The translations under genes and the position numbers were made by a program. 64,000 bases of DNA, from positions 32,001 through 96,000 of the IMG/VR virus record IMGVR_UViG_3300036715_002842; one strand, written 5' to 3'. This document shows positions 6,707 to 16,826 of the stretch, piece by piece. This DNA comes from a virus. Every line of letters begins with the position of its first letter. Positions within the stretch are counted from its first letter, which is position 1. The notes under the pieces are model-generated. The model did no database searches, was not told the DNA's origin, and saw nothing but the letters and a program-made list of their open reading frames with translations.

Positions 6707-7144
6707 TCACTTGCTTTCCTCTTGAAGCTGTAGAATCTGCTCTTCAGAGTAAGGGATTGCAACTACAGAATAGCCTTTTTCCTTGTCACCCAAGAACTTC
6801 ATCTTGATGGACTTGGGCACTGCGTAAGGTTTCAGGGGTGTACCAGATTTCAGATTCAGGTGGACCCAGTGCCCCTTGATCTCAGTGGTGAACATCCCGG
6901 GTAGAAGGGAGGTAGTCATCACCTGGAACATTGGCTCACATACGATCACTCCCTTGTGAATGGTGTAGGTCTCTGCGAGGAGCCTTACCGCCCAGAAGGT
7001 GTTGTTGTGGGACTTGGGGTCCAGTACCTTACTGTTACGATCCGGGAGAACTACCTTACCAAGAGTCCGAGAAATCAACGGAAAGGAGTTTGGATTAGTC
7101 GAATCGTACTTGTTGTTCTCAATGAACTTTATGATTGTGTACAT
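6707..7144 (-). CDS. Hypothetical protein
   Basis: Translationally coupled to the upstream gene. Confidence 0.65.
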   Translation of the reverse strand: MYTIIKFIENNKYDSTNPNSFPLISRTLGKVVLPDRNSKVLDPKSHNNTFWAVRLLAETYTIHKGVIVCEPMFQVMTTSLLPGMFTTEIKGHWVHLNLKSGTPLKPYAVPKSIKMKFLGDKEKGYSVVAIPYSEEQILQLQEESK

Positions 7145-7968
7145 CAGAAGAGCCTGGTCCGGTCGATAGCAATCTCGGAGATGTTTACTGCTGGAACTCC
7201 GGAGACTTGTAATTTGAGGATGTCACTGAAAGAGTAAGCCCTGAAGGGATACACCAGTGTTTGGGTTGTGTAACTTGTTGCGGAGAAGCTCATGTTGGTC
7301 TTGATGGTTGTTGAATTTCCATTCTCAAAGGTCTTGAGAGCTTCTACGCTCAGAACCGCTGGCGCATCCCCACGTGCAGTGATTCGAATGCTTGAGATGT
7401 AACGATCTTTGTTCTCTGGAATTTTCAGGTAGAAGGCGCTGTCCGTATTCTTGAAGTTACGGAATAGAATCCCATCAGTGTAGCTGAGATCCACGATGGG
7501 AGTATAGATCTGTGGGAAAGGTGGTACCAAGATTTCTGGAGCGTCTAGGGACCTCTGACCCAAGTCCACTACTGTGAAGATGTTACCGACCTTCTGAATC
7601 CACGCAAGAGGCATGCGAACCAGATTGGTGATGTTCGTTAGTGCATCCGCGGCAACCTTGTTCTGAACAACTTCGTATCTAACCTCGTCGTTCATCATCC
7701 CAGGCTCAATCAGCCGGGTAGCGATCAGGGTTGCCCAGTAATCTCCAGTTCCAGGTTCTACGAGCTGGATCTTGACTGGTTCTGTCTCACCGATGACCAT
7801 TCCATCTGGCAGGATCATGTAGCCTGGAGCGATGGTCAAGGTCATGTCTGTGGTATTCAGATAAGTAGTGAGCCCGTACTTAACCCCAGGCTCGGAGTTC
7901 GCCTTCACCATAAAGAGAAGGTTTTCCTGCGTTAAATCGTCTTGAAAACCAATGAAGCGCTTTTGCAT
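7144..7968 (-). CDS. Putative virion structural (baseplate/tail) protein
   Basis: LTIAPGYMILPDGMVIGETEP segment resembles phage baseplate/tail-fibre N-terminal domains; structural-gene context. Confidence 0.55.
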   Translation of the reverse strand: MQKRFIGFQDDLTQENLLFMVKANSEPGVKYGLTTYLNTTDMTLTIAPGYMILPDGMVIGETEPVKIQLVEPGTGDYWATLIATRLIEPGMMNDEVRYEVVQNKVAADALTNITNLVRMPLAWIQKVGNIFTVVDLGQRSLDAPEILVPPFPQIYTPIVDLSYTDGILFRNFKNTDSAFYLKIPENKDRYISSIRITARGDAPAVLSVEALKTFENGNSTTIKTNMSFSATSYTTQTLVYPFRAYSFSDILKLQVSGVPAVNISEIAIDRTRLF

Positions 7969-7969
7969 G

Positions 7970-8383
7970 TTACTCTTCTAGGAGAAGTTTAGAATTGATG
8001 GCGGCGCTAGAAAGGGCTTTCCGAAGACTGTCTACTACCTTGGGATCCCCGGTTACCTGCTGGGCCAGAGTCATGCACTCCTTCAACTTGAAGTTGAGTT
8101 GGATTGCTCTTTGATCCAGTCGGATGGCAGCGATCTTGGTGGATTCGATTTCTGAGAGAAAGTCACTCAGCCACTGATGAACCCGATCCGATAGGGCTCT
8201 GGATGGGGTGGAAGAATGAAGATCAATTTCCAGATCGGACTGCACATCATAGAGATGCTCCAGTCGCTTTCCATTGGCTGGAGTCTCTTCCGAACTCTCG
8301 ATACGCTTGATCTCTTTCCGGATGTAGGAAAGAACCTTGCGAACCTCGGATTTGTCCGAACCAGCCTTGATCCGAAACTTCAT
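7970..8383 (-). CDS. Hypothetical protein (MKFRIKA N-terminus)
   Basis: ATG overlaps the stop of 8383-8766. The longer 210-aa track ORF is an upstream extension overlapping the neighbour. Confidence 0.65.
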   Translation of the reverse strand: MKFRIKAGSDKSEVRKVLSYIRKEIKRIESSEETPANGKRLEHLYDVQSDLEIDLHSSTPSRALSDRVHQWLSDFLSEIESTKIAAIRLDQRAIQLNFKLKECMTLAQQVTGDPKVVDSLRKALSSAAINSKLLLEE

Positions 8384-8766
8384 TACAGCACCGTGTCGTA
8401 GTTGGTGGCGTACATGTCCGACAAGCCCTTCCACTGGGAAACCGCTTCTGTCAGCTTGACCAGATTTACATCGCAGAATGTCTTGGCGGCAAGAGCGGGA
8501 TCCGGGGTTTCCGCGGTTACCTTGAACACTCTCATATAGGTAACCTCGGTCGAGTTGGAAGGATCGATCACGAGATTGATGGGTTCTAGGCTGAAGTTGC
8601 AAGCCGGGGCGCCACCGCCAGCATCGGCAGCAAAAGCGCCACCAAAGTTGACGGTCATGGAACCGTACTTGGTAGCCTGTACCTTTTCACTGGACGAGAA
8701 GTTGTTGATCTCGACATTGGCCTTGACTGCTCCGCCCTCGACCGATGTCCAAAGTTTCACTCGCAT
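8383..8766 (-). CDS. Putative virion protein
   Basis: GAGGTG RBS, codon style like the other structural genes. Confidence 0.6.
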   Translation of the reverse strand: MRVKLWTSVEGGAVKANVEINNFSSSEKVQATKYGSMTVNFGGAFAADAGGGAPACNFSLEPINLVIDPSNSTEVTYMRVFKVTAETPDPALAAKTFCDVNLVKLTEAVSQWKGLSDMYATNYDTVL

Positions 8767-8819
8767 GAGCCACCTCTTTTAATATTCTGGGAGAAAATCA
8801 CTCTTTTGTTGAATTTGAG

Positions 8820-11800
8820 CTACACGGGATTCGCTACGATGGTGAAGGTCGAGATCTTCACGAAGTTCTCTTGCGAGGTGATCTGGAGCTTGATGTTGTA
8901 AGTTCCGCCACTGGTAACGGTTCCACCAATGGTGAAGGAGTTCATGGAAACGTTGGAATCGTATACAATCGTCGGAACTGGCAGGTCCGCAATTCCGGTG
9001 AGCATGACATCGATTGTGTAGGGTCCAGTACCACCCAGAATCTCAAAGGGTCCAATGTCGGTCAGAACGTGAGCGCCTGGGGTGTTGGGATAGGCGGCTA
9101 CCATGTCTGCTGGAGGTAGGATCAGGAGGTTCTGCACTGGCGGGATCACAATGGAGATTGGAATTTCCGAGCTAACGCCATTGCTATCTGCAACGAATAC
9201 GTGGAGCAGGCCATTCAAGCCGCTTGTTGGAATGTCATGGATTGTGAAAGAGTTTCCGGTATTGACTGCGTTGGAGGCAAGTCCACCGGGCATGGTTGTG
9301 TAGGTGTAGGTTCCCACCCCGTTCACCCCATTGAGAAGGAAGGAGAACGTTGAGGACCACACAGGGCTTGAAACATAGAGTGGGGTAATTCCGATGGTGT
9401 AATTTGCTGCTGGAACTGTGATGTCTAGCAGGTAGATGTTCGACAGACCATTGAAGTCCGTCACCTTGACATTAACGGTTCCCTGAAGCCCTGTGTTGTG
9501 GATGTTCGATATCACCAACTGGTAGGTGTTCATCGCACAATCGCTATACGGAATTGTGCCACCACTCAGAACTGCAATCGAGTACGGAGAAGTTCCACCG
9601 GTCGGCTGGAGATTGAAGGTTGCGGTGCTGGTGTAAGATGGGGCAACGAAGGTGGTTGTCAGTAAGCTACCACTACCAGATCCGCCTGCCTTCGCGGGAA
9701 TCGTTACGGGAATGATGCGTGTAGCAGACTGACTCATCGGAAGACTGCTATCCACTACTCGAACCTCTACTATACCGTTGAGGCCGGAAGCTGGAACGCT
9801 TGGAACCGAGATGATCTCTCCATTCAGTACCGCGTTTGTGATGTCAGAGTTTAGCAGGGTGTAAGTGTAGGGTCCCATACCGCCAGAGACTGAAAGGTTG
9901 AAGTTGAAGAAGTCCACGTTCAGTGGGTAGGTAACCTCTTCCGGTCCGATCGTAAGTGGAAGGGGAACGCTACCAGATGGTGGGGGTGCTGGTAGTGGGG
10001 TATCGGTCATGAAGTTGATTGCGACGGAAGCAAGACGGTTTCCGGAATCCGGTGGGCTGGAAATCTGGAGGAACTGGTACTTGTTGTTTGGAACCTCGAA
10101 CCGATAGAGCATCTTCGAATAGTTGTTGTCGAATGTGAGTGGTGTAAGGGTCAGGGTCCCAGCGCTATCGTACTGAGAGATTGAAACATCTGGTGGATTG
10201 GTGGAGTCCAGAGTGTTGAAGTTTACTTCCATCAGGTAGGAACCCTTCAGGAAGTAGATTGGTCTCGACTGATAGATACTGCTGTAGATGCCTTCGAGTA
10301 CAGTGAACGTTGAAGTCTCTGGATTGAAGGATACAGGGTTCGTAAAGTCTTCGTAGAACAGATCCTTTGAAACTTTCTGAACCCCGATTTTCTGAATTCT
10401 GGTATCGTACACCTTGCTCGTTGTGCCGCGGTTGGTTACCAGGATGGTTGCCAGCTGAATGAGATTTGCCTTGTTCGCAAGACTCTGGGTCATCAGAATT
10501 GTGGTATCCGTTGGCATGTTCGAAGAGGAAGAGTCGATTGAGATCTTCGTTATCGAGGTGTAGGACTTGACAGTTGGTACCCACTGCCCAGGGTAACGGG
10601 TAGTCTGTAGAGCCTTGAGATCCGTTGTGACCGGAACGGTAAAGTTGGCACCTGTACCGGTGTTTATGACGGTCAGGTTCTCCGTAACGGTCTCAGTTCC
10701 ATTCTTGCCCTCGATCTTGAGGACCACGGACATGGAGGCTGGTACTACGAAGTTTCCAAGCGCAAGATTCAAGGTGCCAGTCTGAGGAAGGAAGACCTCA
10801 CTGAACGCATTGTTGCTGAGCTTGTAGAAGTTGGTCTGGAAGACTGGGATCGGATCCAGGACCAGGACTCCGTAGGTATCGGAGTACATGTCGTACCGAT
10901 TCGATACCCCGGAGAGTGCCTGAGTGTTGAATTCCTGGGACTGAAAGCTAGGAAGAACACCAGAATCCGTCACGAAGTACTCAAAGTCGATGGCACCCTC
11001 AATCTGGAGGATGAACTCGTTCCCCTGCTGGAGTGTAACGGTTCCGGCATGAATGACCAGGCACTTGACGGTGAGGGGTTCTGCGATGATCGCGTTGGAG
11101 TAAACGGTCACTACGCGATTGATTCGATCGTACTTGAAGTTATGGAAGGTTCCAGATCCTTCTCTAACGCTCAGTACGTGGGCAGCACCATTCGTGATTG
11201 TGAAGGTTGCCGGGGCATTCCCACCTACGTTCGTATCGATGGAAAGAGGTGGAATGGAAATCTCCACCAGATCCCCGTAGTGGTTTGAGTTCTGGTAGGT
11301 CGAAACAACACCCACGAGACCATTCTGGGTCCAGTACGAAAGGCCCGGAAGGGTTTCCAGGTCCATCATACTCATTCCGTGTGGGTTGTTCGTGCTGGCT
11401 CTTCCAGTTCCTAAGAGGGATCGATGGGTTACATCTTCCCAGGTGAACCAAGGCCTCGTAGTAATCGGAGAAGTGGATTCGATGTATGATGGAGTGATGT
11501 CGGTCTGCTTTGTGAACTCACCCAGTACGATGGTGTAATCCAGATCTGTGTTGGAAAGGAACTGGTATTCGTTCATTGCCAGAAGCTGGATCTCGAAAGC
11601 CATCCCCAACTCAATCGGCTCTACAATTTCTGTTGCCACATTGTAGCGGGTTTCCATCGTAACGTTCGGAATCATTCTCACTACCAGAACGTAGGAGAGA
11701 TCCAGCTCATCCACATTCACAGCGAAAGCGATCTGTGTAGCGGTAAGCAATTCGAAAACGTAACCACTACGGAAGATTGCTTTGCCAGGTTCGATCTGGA

Positions 11801-12017
11801 ACGTGGTGGAATCCGAAAGGGAAACGGACAAGGGACCAGCATTTGAAACTGGATTTGTGGTCGAGAAGATTCCTGGGGTGATGCAGGCTTCGAAGATCTT
11901 GTCGAACTTCGATTTATAGATATCCTGAACAGTGTTCAAGTCTTCCGGGTAGAGGTTGCCCTCGTGGAAGACTCGGTCAGTTAGAATCTGGGTGTTGGTG
12001 AGTCTGACTGCTTGCAT
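8820..12017 (-). CDS. Large virion structural protein with C-terminal Ig-like repeats
   Basis: 1065 aa, rich in Thr/Ser/Gly. Four GGx(G/S)PY(T/S)-type repeat units in the C-terminal third; baseplate-like N-terminus (IEPGKAIFRSG, NNPHGM). Confidence 0.75.
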   Translation of the reverse strand: MQAVRLTNTQILTDRVFHEGNLYPEDLNTVQDIYKSKFDKIFEACITPGIFSTTNPVSNAGPLSVSLSDSTTFQIEPGKAIFRSGYVFELLTATQIAFAVNVDELDLSYVLVVRMIPNVTMETRYNVATEIVEPIELGMAFEIQLLAMNEYQFLSNTDLDYTIVLGEFTKQTDITPSYIESTSPITTRPWFTWEDVTHRSLLGTGRASTNNPHGMSMMDLETLPGLSYWTQNGLVGVVSTYQNSNHYGDLVEISIPPLSIDTNVGGNAPATFTITNGAAHVLSVREGSGTFHNFKYDRINRVVTVYSNAIIAEPLTVKCLVIHAGTVTLQQGNEFILQIEGAIDFEYFVTDSGVLPSFQSQEFNTQALSGVSNRYDMYSDTYGVLVLDPIPVFQTNFYKLSNNAFSEVFLPQTGTLNLALGNFVVPASMSVVLKIEGKNGTETVTENLTVINTGTGANFTVPVTTDLKALQTTRYPGQWVPTVKSYTSITKISIDSSSSNMPTDTTILMTQSLANKANLIQLATILVTNRGTTSKVYDTRIQKIGVQKVSKDLFYEDFTNPVSFNPETSTFTVLEGIYSSIYQSRPIYFLKGSYLMEVNFNTLDSTNPPDVSISQYDSAGTLTLTPLTFDNNYSKMLYRFEVPNNKYQFLQISSPPDSGNRLASVAINFMTDTPLPAPPPSGSVPLPLTIGPEEVTYPLNVDFFNFNLSVSGGMGPYTYTLLNSDITNAVLNGEIISVPSVPASGLNGIVEVRVVDSSLPMSQSATRIIPVTIPAKAGGSGSGSLLTTTFVAPSYTSTATFNLQPTGGTSPYSIAVLSGGTIPYSDCAMNTYQLVISNIHNTGLQGTVNVKVTDFNGLSNIYLLDITVPAANYTIGITPLYVSSPVWSSTFSFLLNGVNGVGTYTYTTMPGGLASNAVNTGNSFTIHDIPTSGLNGLLHVFVADSNGVSSEIPISIVIPPVQNLLILPPADMVAAYPNTPGAHVLTDIGPFEILGGTGPYTIDVMLTGIADLPVPTIVYDSNVSMNSFTIGGTVTSGGTYNIKLQITSQENFVKISTFTIVANPV

Positions 12018-12026
12018 CGGTTATCC

Positions 12027-13163
12027 CTAGAAGTCTACTTTGTGGTCCGACTGCTTTACGTTCTTGAGATGCTGATCTTGTAGTTTCAAGGAGAAGGCTC
12101 CAATTCGAAGAGCCTTCCCTTGATAGATTCTATCCCCGTCTCCCTCACCATGAGGACCTGACAACTGAAGAATCTGGAAAATCTCTGGTCTGGAACTGTA
12201 TAGCTTCACGCCCAGAAGATTCGTCTTGATCGTGATGATGTAGTTCTGACCCATGTGAACTACCATTGGAAGATCGTGGGCCAAGATCATCTTACCTGGG
12301 GTGTTGGAGATCTGGAGCTTCTCGTAACCTGGGATGAATCTGATGGACTCGTACTCAACCTCAAAGCTGAGGGTGTACCGATAAGCACGTTCAACGTTCG
12401 AATCCTGCTGGAAGTCCCTTGAAAGGACTTCTGATTGGGTGTATTCTTGTGGGAGAATGATTTGGCTGTTGCTCGCATCTCCGTAGATCACGTTCTGGTA
12501 ATACTCTGGGAGATGTTGGAGGAAAATCTCATTCAACAGTTTCGCGAGCTTGTTGGTCGACTGCTCCTGCGAGGTCTCTGCCGTGAGGGTAACGGAGTAC
12601 TTTCCAATGTTCCTCTTCTGCAAGCAGTTCGACTGATTACCCGCGACGGAGTGCTCAACTGCGATACCCAAACCAGTCTTGATCACCCTAGGACTTCCAA
12701 CCTGGATAATAATGGCCGGCTCTCTGCGGAAGACGTAGGTCGAGAGATTGTAGATATTGATTTTCTGTTGCTTGGTATTGACCGGATCGATAGCGTATCC
12801 ATCTGCGAATGGAGACTGCTCAGTGAACAGGTTGCGATGCTTTCCATTTACGCTGAAGAACCAGGTCAGAACCTCTTTAAGAACCAGCGTAAGTACGGAA
12901 GATTCCTCTTCGACCGGCTGAGTCGCTTTGCTCTCTACGTTACTTCTTGGGACGGATGAGAATGGAGATGCCAAGTGTACCTCCCCATTATTGTAACCGA
13001 AACCCCTGAATTCTCCTCTTTTGAAAACTAAACGAACCTGGTGGACTAGGTTATCTCTTTTAGGAGTAGTTCTATGGATCAAGACTACTTGGACCAGTTC
13101 GGGACACTGTTGAAAGAGGCCGGTACCCCTCTCGGCAAGATGAAGGTTCTCCAAGAATTTCAT
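12027..13163 (-). CDS. Putative tail completion/neck protein
   Basis: PAIII...SVTLTAET...NKLAKLL pattern loosely like tail-terminator folds; heads the structural run. Confidence 0.45.
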   Translation of the reverse strand: MKFLENLHLAERGTGLFQQCPELVQVVLIHRTTPKRDNLVHQVRLVFKRGEFRGFGYNNGEVHLASPFSSVPRSNVESKATQPVEEESSVLTLVLKEVLTWFFSVNGKHRNLFTEQSPFADGYAIDPVNTKQQKINIYNLSTYVFRREPAIIIQVGSPRVIKTGLGIAVEHSVAGNQSNCLQKRNIGKYSVTLTAETSQEQSTNKLAKLLNEIFLQHLPEYYQNVIYGDASNSQIILPQEYTQSEVLSRDFQQDSNVERAYRYTLSFEVEYESIRFIPGYEKLQISNTPGKMILAHDLPMVVHMGQNYIITIKTNLLGVKLYSSRPEIFQILQLSGPHGEGDGDRIYQGKALRIGAFSLKLQDQHLKNVKQSDHKVDF

Positions 13164-13178
13164 CTCTACAGAGCAAAC

Positions 13179-13559
13179 ATGATGAAGATGGAGAAATATG
13201 CCAAACGGGCCAGACCCCTAACTCAGAAGATTCCGGAACCAGAGGATTTGGTTGGGATCAAGTTCGATGAGCAATCACATATTCGAGAACAGAATTTTGC
13301 GAAATTAAAGCTGCCTGACCAGTACCCTTACGTGATGGACCAGATCTGGAAGATTTCAAAGAATGGTTACATGAGGGTAGTGGTGATGCAAGATCACGAT
13401 TACGCAGAGATCACCTTTCACAAGTGGAACGATGTAGTACTGAAATACCTACCATACGAGAGAAAGAAAACCATTCATCCCCGGACCGCAGAAGCTCTTA
13501 CAGAGAAGTTCTCCAAGCTGGGTGCCCTCCTAATTTATAGTCAATCAATCGAGAGCTGA
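13179..13559 (+). CDS. Hypothetical protein
   Basis: Coupled to the RuvC gene (TGATG). Start uncertain and moved downstream to avoid overlap with the divergent gene. Confidence 0.5.
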   Translation: MMKMEKYAKRARPLTQKIPEPEDLVGIKFDEQSHIREQNFAKLKLPDQYPYVMDQIWKISKNGYMRVVVMQDHDYAEITFHKWNDVVLKYLPYERKKTIHPRTAEALTEKFSKLGALLIYSQSIES

Positions 13560-14095
13560 TGAGAATTCTTGGGCTGGATCCTGGATCTGTGAACTTTGGG
13601 TACGCAGTAGTAGACGTTGACGATGAATACTCCTATCTGAAGGACACCTACGTAGAAGTACCAACGGTCCTTGAACATGGACTACTCAAGAACATCCCCG
13701 GGTACTTTGCGAATAACGATCTGGATTCCGCACTCCTTCGTATCTGCGTTCAGGAGCTTCAAGAGATCTGCCTTCGTCATTCTGTTGATCGGATCGCAAT
13801 CGAACGTTGGATGGGTCGAGGTACGTTCATGCCGGGTTGGGTTGAGCGCCTGAACCATATTATTGGAGCCATGCTCTATTCGAGCCCCATCCCGATCAAG
13901 GCTATTACCGCGGCTTCGTGGAAAACTAGAATTTTAAAGCGTTATGGAATTAAGTCCACCAAGACACTGGTTGGATCCGTCAAGTCCGAGCATGCGGGAG
14001 ATGCGGTCATGCAGGCCACCTATCTCCACGAGCTGGAACTGGAAGCCCTTCTGAAAAGCCGAAAGGCTGCGGCTCGAAAATCTAAGAAGAAGTGA
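13559..14095 (+). CDS. ruvC: RuvC-like Holliday junction resolvase
   Basis: ILGLDPGSVNFGYAVV, IAIE and HAGDA catalytic motifs. Confidence 0.85.
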   Translation: MRILGLDPGSVNFGYAVVDVDDEYSYLKDTYVEVPTVLEHGLLKNIPGYFANNDLDSALLRICVQELQEICLRHSVDRIAIERWMGRGTFMPGWVERLNHIIGAMLYSSPIPIKAITAASWKTRILKRYGIKSTKTLVGSVKSEHAGDAVMQATYLHELELEALLKSRKAAARKSKKK

Positions 14096-14129
14096 GAAAT
14101 CGAAGGTTACAATTGAGGAGACCCACACC

Positions 14130-14897
14130 ATGAACTACCCAATTACTGAAATCTTCCACTCTATTCAGGGAGAAGGCGCTAATGCAGGTCGTAGCGCAAC
14201 CTTTATTCGTCTTGCAGGTTGCAACTTAGCCTGCACAGTGACAATTGAAGGGAAAGAGTATCCTTGCGATGAACCGCTTCACGACGATGCCAACGCCAAG
14301 AAACAGATGAGCGTTGCAGATATTCTAGAGCAGGTGAATGCCTTTGGTCCGGTAGAGGTAATTGTTATTACTGGTGGTGAGCCCACTCTCTACGATCTCA
14401 AACCCCTAACGGACGCGCTTAACAGTGATCAGGTCACCTGGCGTCATGAAGTTAATCGTCTCCACCCTCTCACTGGTTATGTTCGTGCCAGGGGCATTGC
14501 AGGTCTTCTTGGCGGTGTTGCGAATGGCCCACTGATTTGCATGGAGACCAATGGGACCTTGAAGCTCCGAGGTGACATCGACTTCATTAGCCTTTCTCCC
14601 AAGCCTGCGCGCTTCGGTAAAGGTGGAAAGAGGATTCCGGTCCTTGATGAGATGATCGAGAAGGCTGGGGAGATCCGAATCGTAGCCGGATGGGATACCG
14701 CGGATGAGGTCCAGTCCAAGATTGAAGACTACTTCTTCAAGACCAGCGGCCAGATTTTCATCAGTCCACTAACGAAATTCCCTGGTAATCTTTTGATCCA
14801 GGAGACTGCTGAGATGGCAGTTGAGCTGGTAAAATCAAATGCCAGAAAGGGAATTCGCTTGAGTCTTCAGACGCATAAGTGGATGCAAATTCGGTAA
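14130..14897 (+). CDS. queE: 7-carboxy-7-deazaguanine synthase (radical SAM)
   Basis: EIFHSIQGEG, FIRLAGCNLAC...CD, ITGGEP, ETNGT, SLSPK and LSLQTHK. Confidence 0.93.
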   Translation: MNYPITEIFHSIQGEGANAGRSATFIRLAGCNLACTVTIEGKEYPCDEPLHDDANAKKQMSVADILEQVNAFGPVEVIVITGGEPTLYDLKPLTDALNSDQVTWRHEVNRLHPLTGYVRARGIAGLLGGVANGPLICMETNGTLKLRGDIDFISLSPKPARFGKGGKRIPVLDEMIEKAGEIRIVAGWDTADEVQSKIEDYFFKTSGQIFISPLTKFPGNLLIQETAEMAVELVKSNARKGIRLSLQTHKWMQIR

Positions 14898-15153
14898 AAG
14901 ATTTCTCTACCCCCTCTGGGCTATTTGCCCGGATAATTGAGTCCAAGATCCATCAAGGATGACTCGATGCTGGTCACCACCTTAGGCACTTTCAGAAACC
15001 CGTGTAAAATAACGGAGATTCGAGGTACCACGGGTCAAATGGTGGTTGGTATTCTATCCGTTAAGAGTATTACTTTCTACCATTTGAGGAAAGTTCTAAA
15101 GGGCAATTTTCTGGGTGACTTTGCATTTTCAAAGTTCCTCAAAAAATTGAGCC

Positions 15154-15181
15154 TTGATTTTTCTTCGAGACCCGGTAAATT
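15154..15181 (+). promoter_or_regulatory. Sigma70-like promoter
   Basis: TTGATT-N16-TAAATT upstream of 15252. Confidence 0.5.
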
Positions 15182-15251
15182 AGTAGTATATGTTCCCCAG
15201 AGGCCCCGGCTCCCCCACCTTCTCTACTGCCCCACTTTCTAGAGGTGCTTA

Positions 15252-16343
15252 ATGCGCTTGCTGATGTTCCGGTCTCAACTCACACCTCAGGGGATAACAT
15301 TCGTACCTCGTGAGGGTGAGCCGGCGCGATATAGCATCTTCCAGGACATCCACGACTACATCAAGATGAGCACTGAGAGTCTTCTCCATCCTCAGGCGGC
15401 GGTCGATCTGGTCATGGACAGCATCGCTCTACGTATCCTGCACCTGCCTCAGGCTCCGGACCACAAGGAGATCTACAGCAGTCAGTGCACCATCCGTAAG
15501 ACCAATGCGGATACCGGGAACGAGTGGTATGAGAAGACCCGGGACTTCAAAAACAAGTTTATGTATTGCATCAACTTCAACCGTATATCTCGTGCAGCGG
15601 AAGAAGCGATTGACAATCCGAAGAAGACCCTCATCTCTATTGCCAGCTTCTGGGATGTTTCCGAATACGAACTGGAACAGATTCTGAACTGGTATTACGA
15701 AACCGGACAGCAGCTCTACGGTGCCAAGGACCAGCGCCCTGAGTGGTGGGGGCAGCGCATTGATGAGGTTGCCCGCTACAAGGCTCTGGAATTTGAGTTC
15801 GTCAAGCAGGTGAACAAGAAACTGGCTACCCCGGCCTTCAGCTACCTCGTGGACTTCTACGAGTCCAGAGAATCCATCGTCCAGGACTTGATGCGAGAAG
15901 CCTGGCGCGCAGTTCTGGATACTTCCCACAAGCCGGAGCTTGATACCCTTCGCATGGGTAAGACCTACATCAATACGGTCATCCATCACGTGGCCCAGAG
16001 CTACACCAAGCACCATGGGAAGCAGGCTTACAACAAGCAGAACGATACTTACGAGACCATCGAGTTCTCTCTTCTGAGTGAACCGGACATGGATGAGTCC
16101 AAGCACTTCTTCCTGGCCCACGAGGTAAGTGAGTATCACGAAATGGAAGTCTTCCATACCCTCGACAAGGTTCTGGCTGACAATGAGATGACCCTGGTGC
16201 GGGTCCTCACTGGTGATCTGGAGAGTCCGGAATTCGAGAGTTACGCCTCGGGAATGTCCAGTCGTAGGATTGCGGCCTTCACCTTCTTCAAGGTGGACGC
16301 TGAGAACCTGCGGGACAAGTTCGGATACCTGTTCCACAGCTAA
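15252..16343 (+). CDS. Putative divergent sigma-factor-like protein
   Basis: ESIVQDLMREAWRAV resembles sigma region 2 and TLDKVLADNEMTLVRVL resembles the start of region 4. Confidence 0.45.
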   Translation: MRLLMFRSQLTPQGITFVPREGEPARYSIFQDIHDYIKMSTESLLHPQAAVDLVMDSIALRILHLPQAPDHKEIYSSQCTIRKTNADTGNEWYEKTRDFKNKFMYCINFNRISRAAEEAIDNPKKTLISIASFWDVSEYELEQILNWYYETGQQLYGAKDQRPEWWGQRIDEVARYKALEFEFVKQVNKKLATPAFSYLVDFYESRESIVQDLMREAWRAVLDTSHKPELDTLRMGKTYINTVIHHVAQSYTKHHGKQAYNKQNDTYETIEFSLLSEPDMDESKHFFLAHEVSEYHEMEVFHTLDKVLADNEMTLVRVLTGDLESPEFESYASGMSSRRIAAFTFFKVDAENLRDKFGYLFHS

Positions 16344-16391
16344 GTTCAAAAACCTCCAACCTTCTACTAAAATAGGTGGAAGGAGGTTTTC

Positions 16392-16769
16392 ATGGTCTGG
16401 TTTAAAAAACCTTCACCAGTTGGAGTTAAGAAAGAGCACTCCAAAAACGTGGAAACTCTACTTTCGATGGTTCCGCACCCAATTCGTGCCCTCAAAGAAC
16501 TCATTAGTCCCGGCGGTCCAAGTGTGGCCACTCTGGTTACCCTCACGACTTGCATGTGCTTGAACGTTGAGTGCCTGATACTTGTGTGGTTCCGCGCCAA
16601 GTGGAACCAGCCAGTGACTGCGGAGCTTACGATCATAGCCGGTATGCTAAGCGCGCTCATTGGCTACGTGTACCATCGCTACAAGTCCTCGGAAGAGAGA
16701 ACCGCGGCTCACAAGCCGAAAAGATCAACGGATAAGAACCCTCTTACGCGTGCAGAGGATAAGGGTTAG
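16392..16769 (+). CDS. Small membrane protein (holin-like)
   Basis: Two hydrophobic segments, basic C-terminus and strong AGGAGG RBS. Confidence 0.5.
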   Translation: MVWFKKPSPVGVKKEHSKNVETLLSMVPHPIRALKELISPGGPSVATLVTLTTCMCLNVECLILVWFRAKWNQPVTAELTIIAGMLSALIGYVYHRYKSSEERTAAHKPKRSTDKNPLTRAEDKG

Positions 16770-16826
16770 AGTTACTCGAAGGAGCGCTCTACCCCGTTAA
16801 TCTCGGCAGCAATCACCGTTTGGCCT

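Noticed and set aside
15429-16349. 306-aa antisense ORF; likewise 45719-47287 and other long antisense ORFs
   Set aside because: Shadow frames of codon-biased genes on the opposite strand, with no motifs or RBS.
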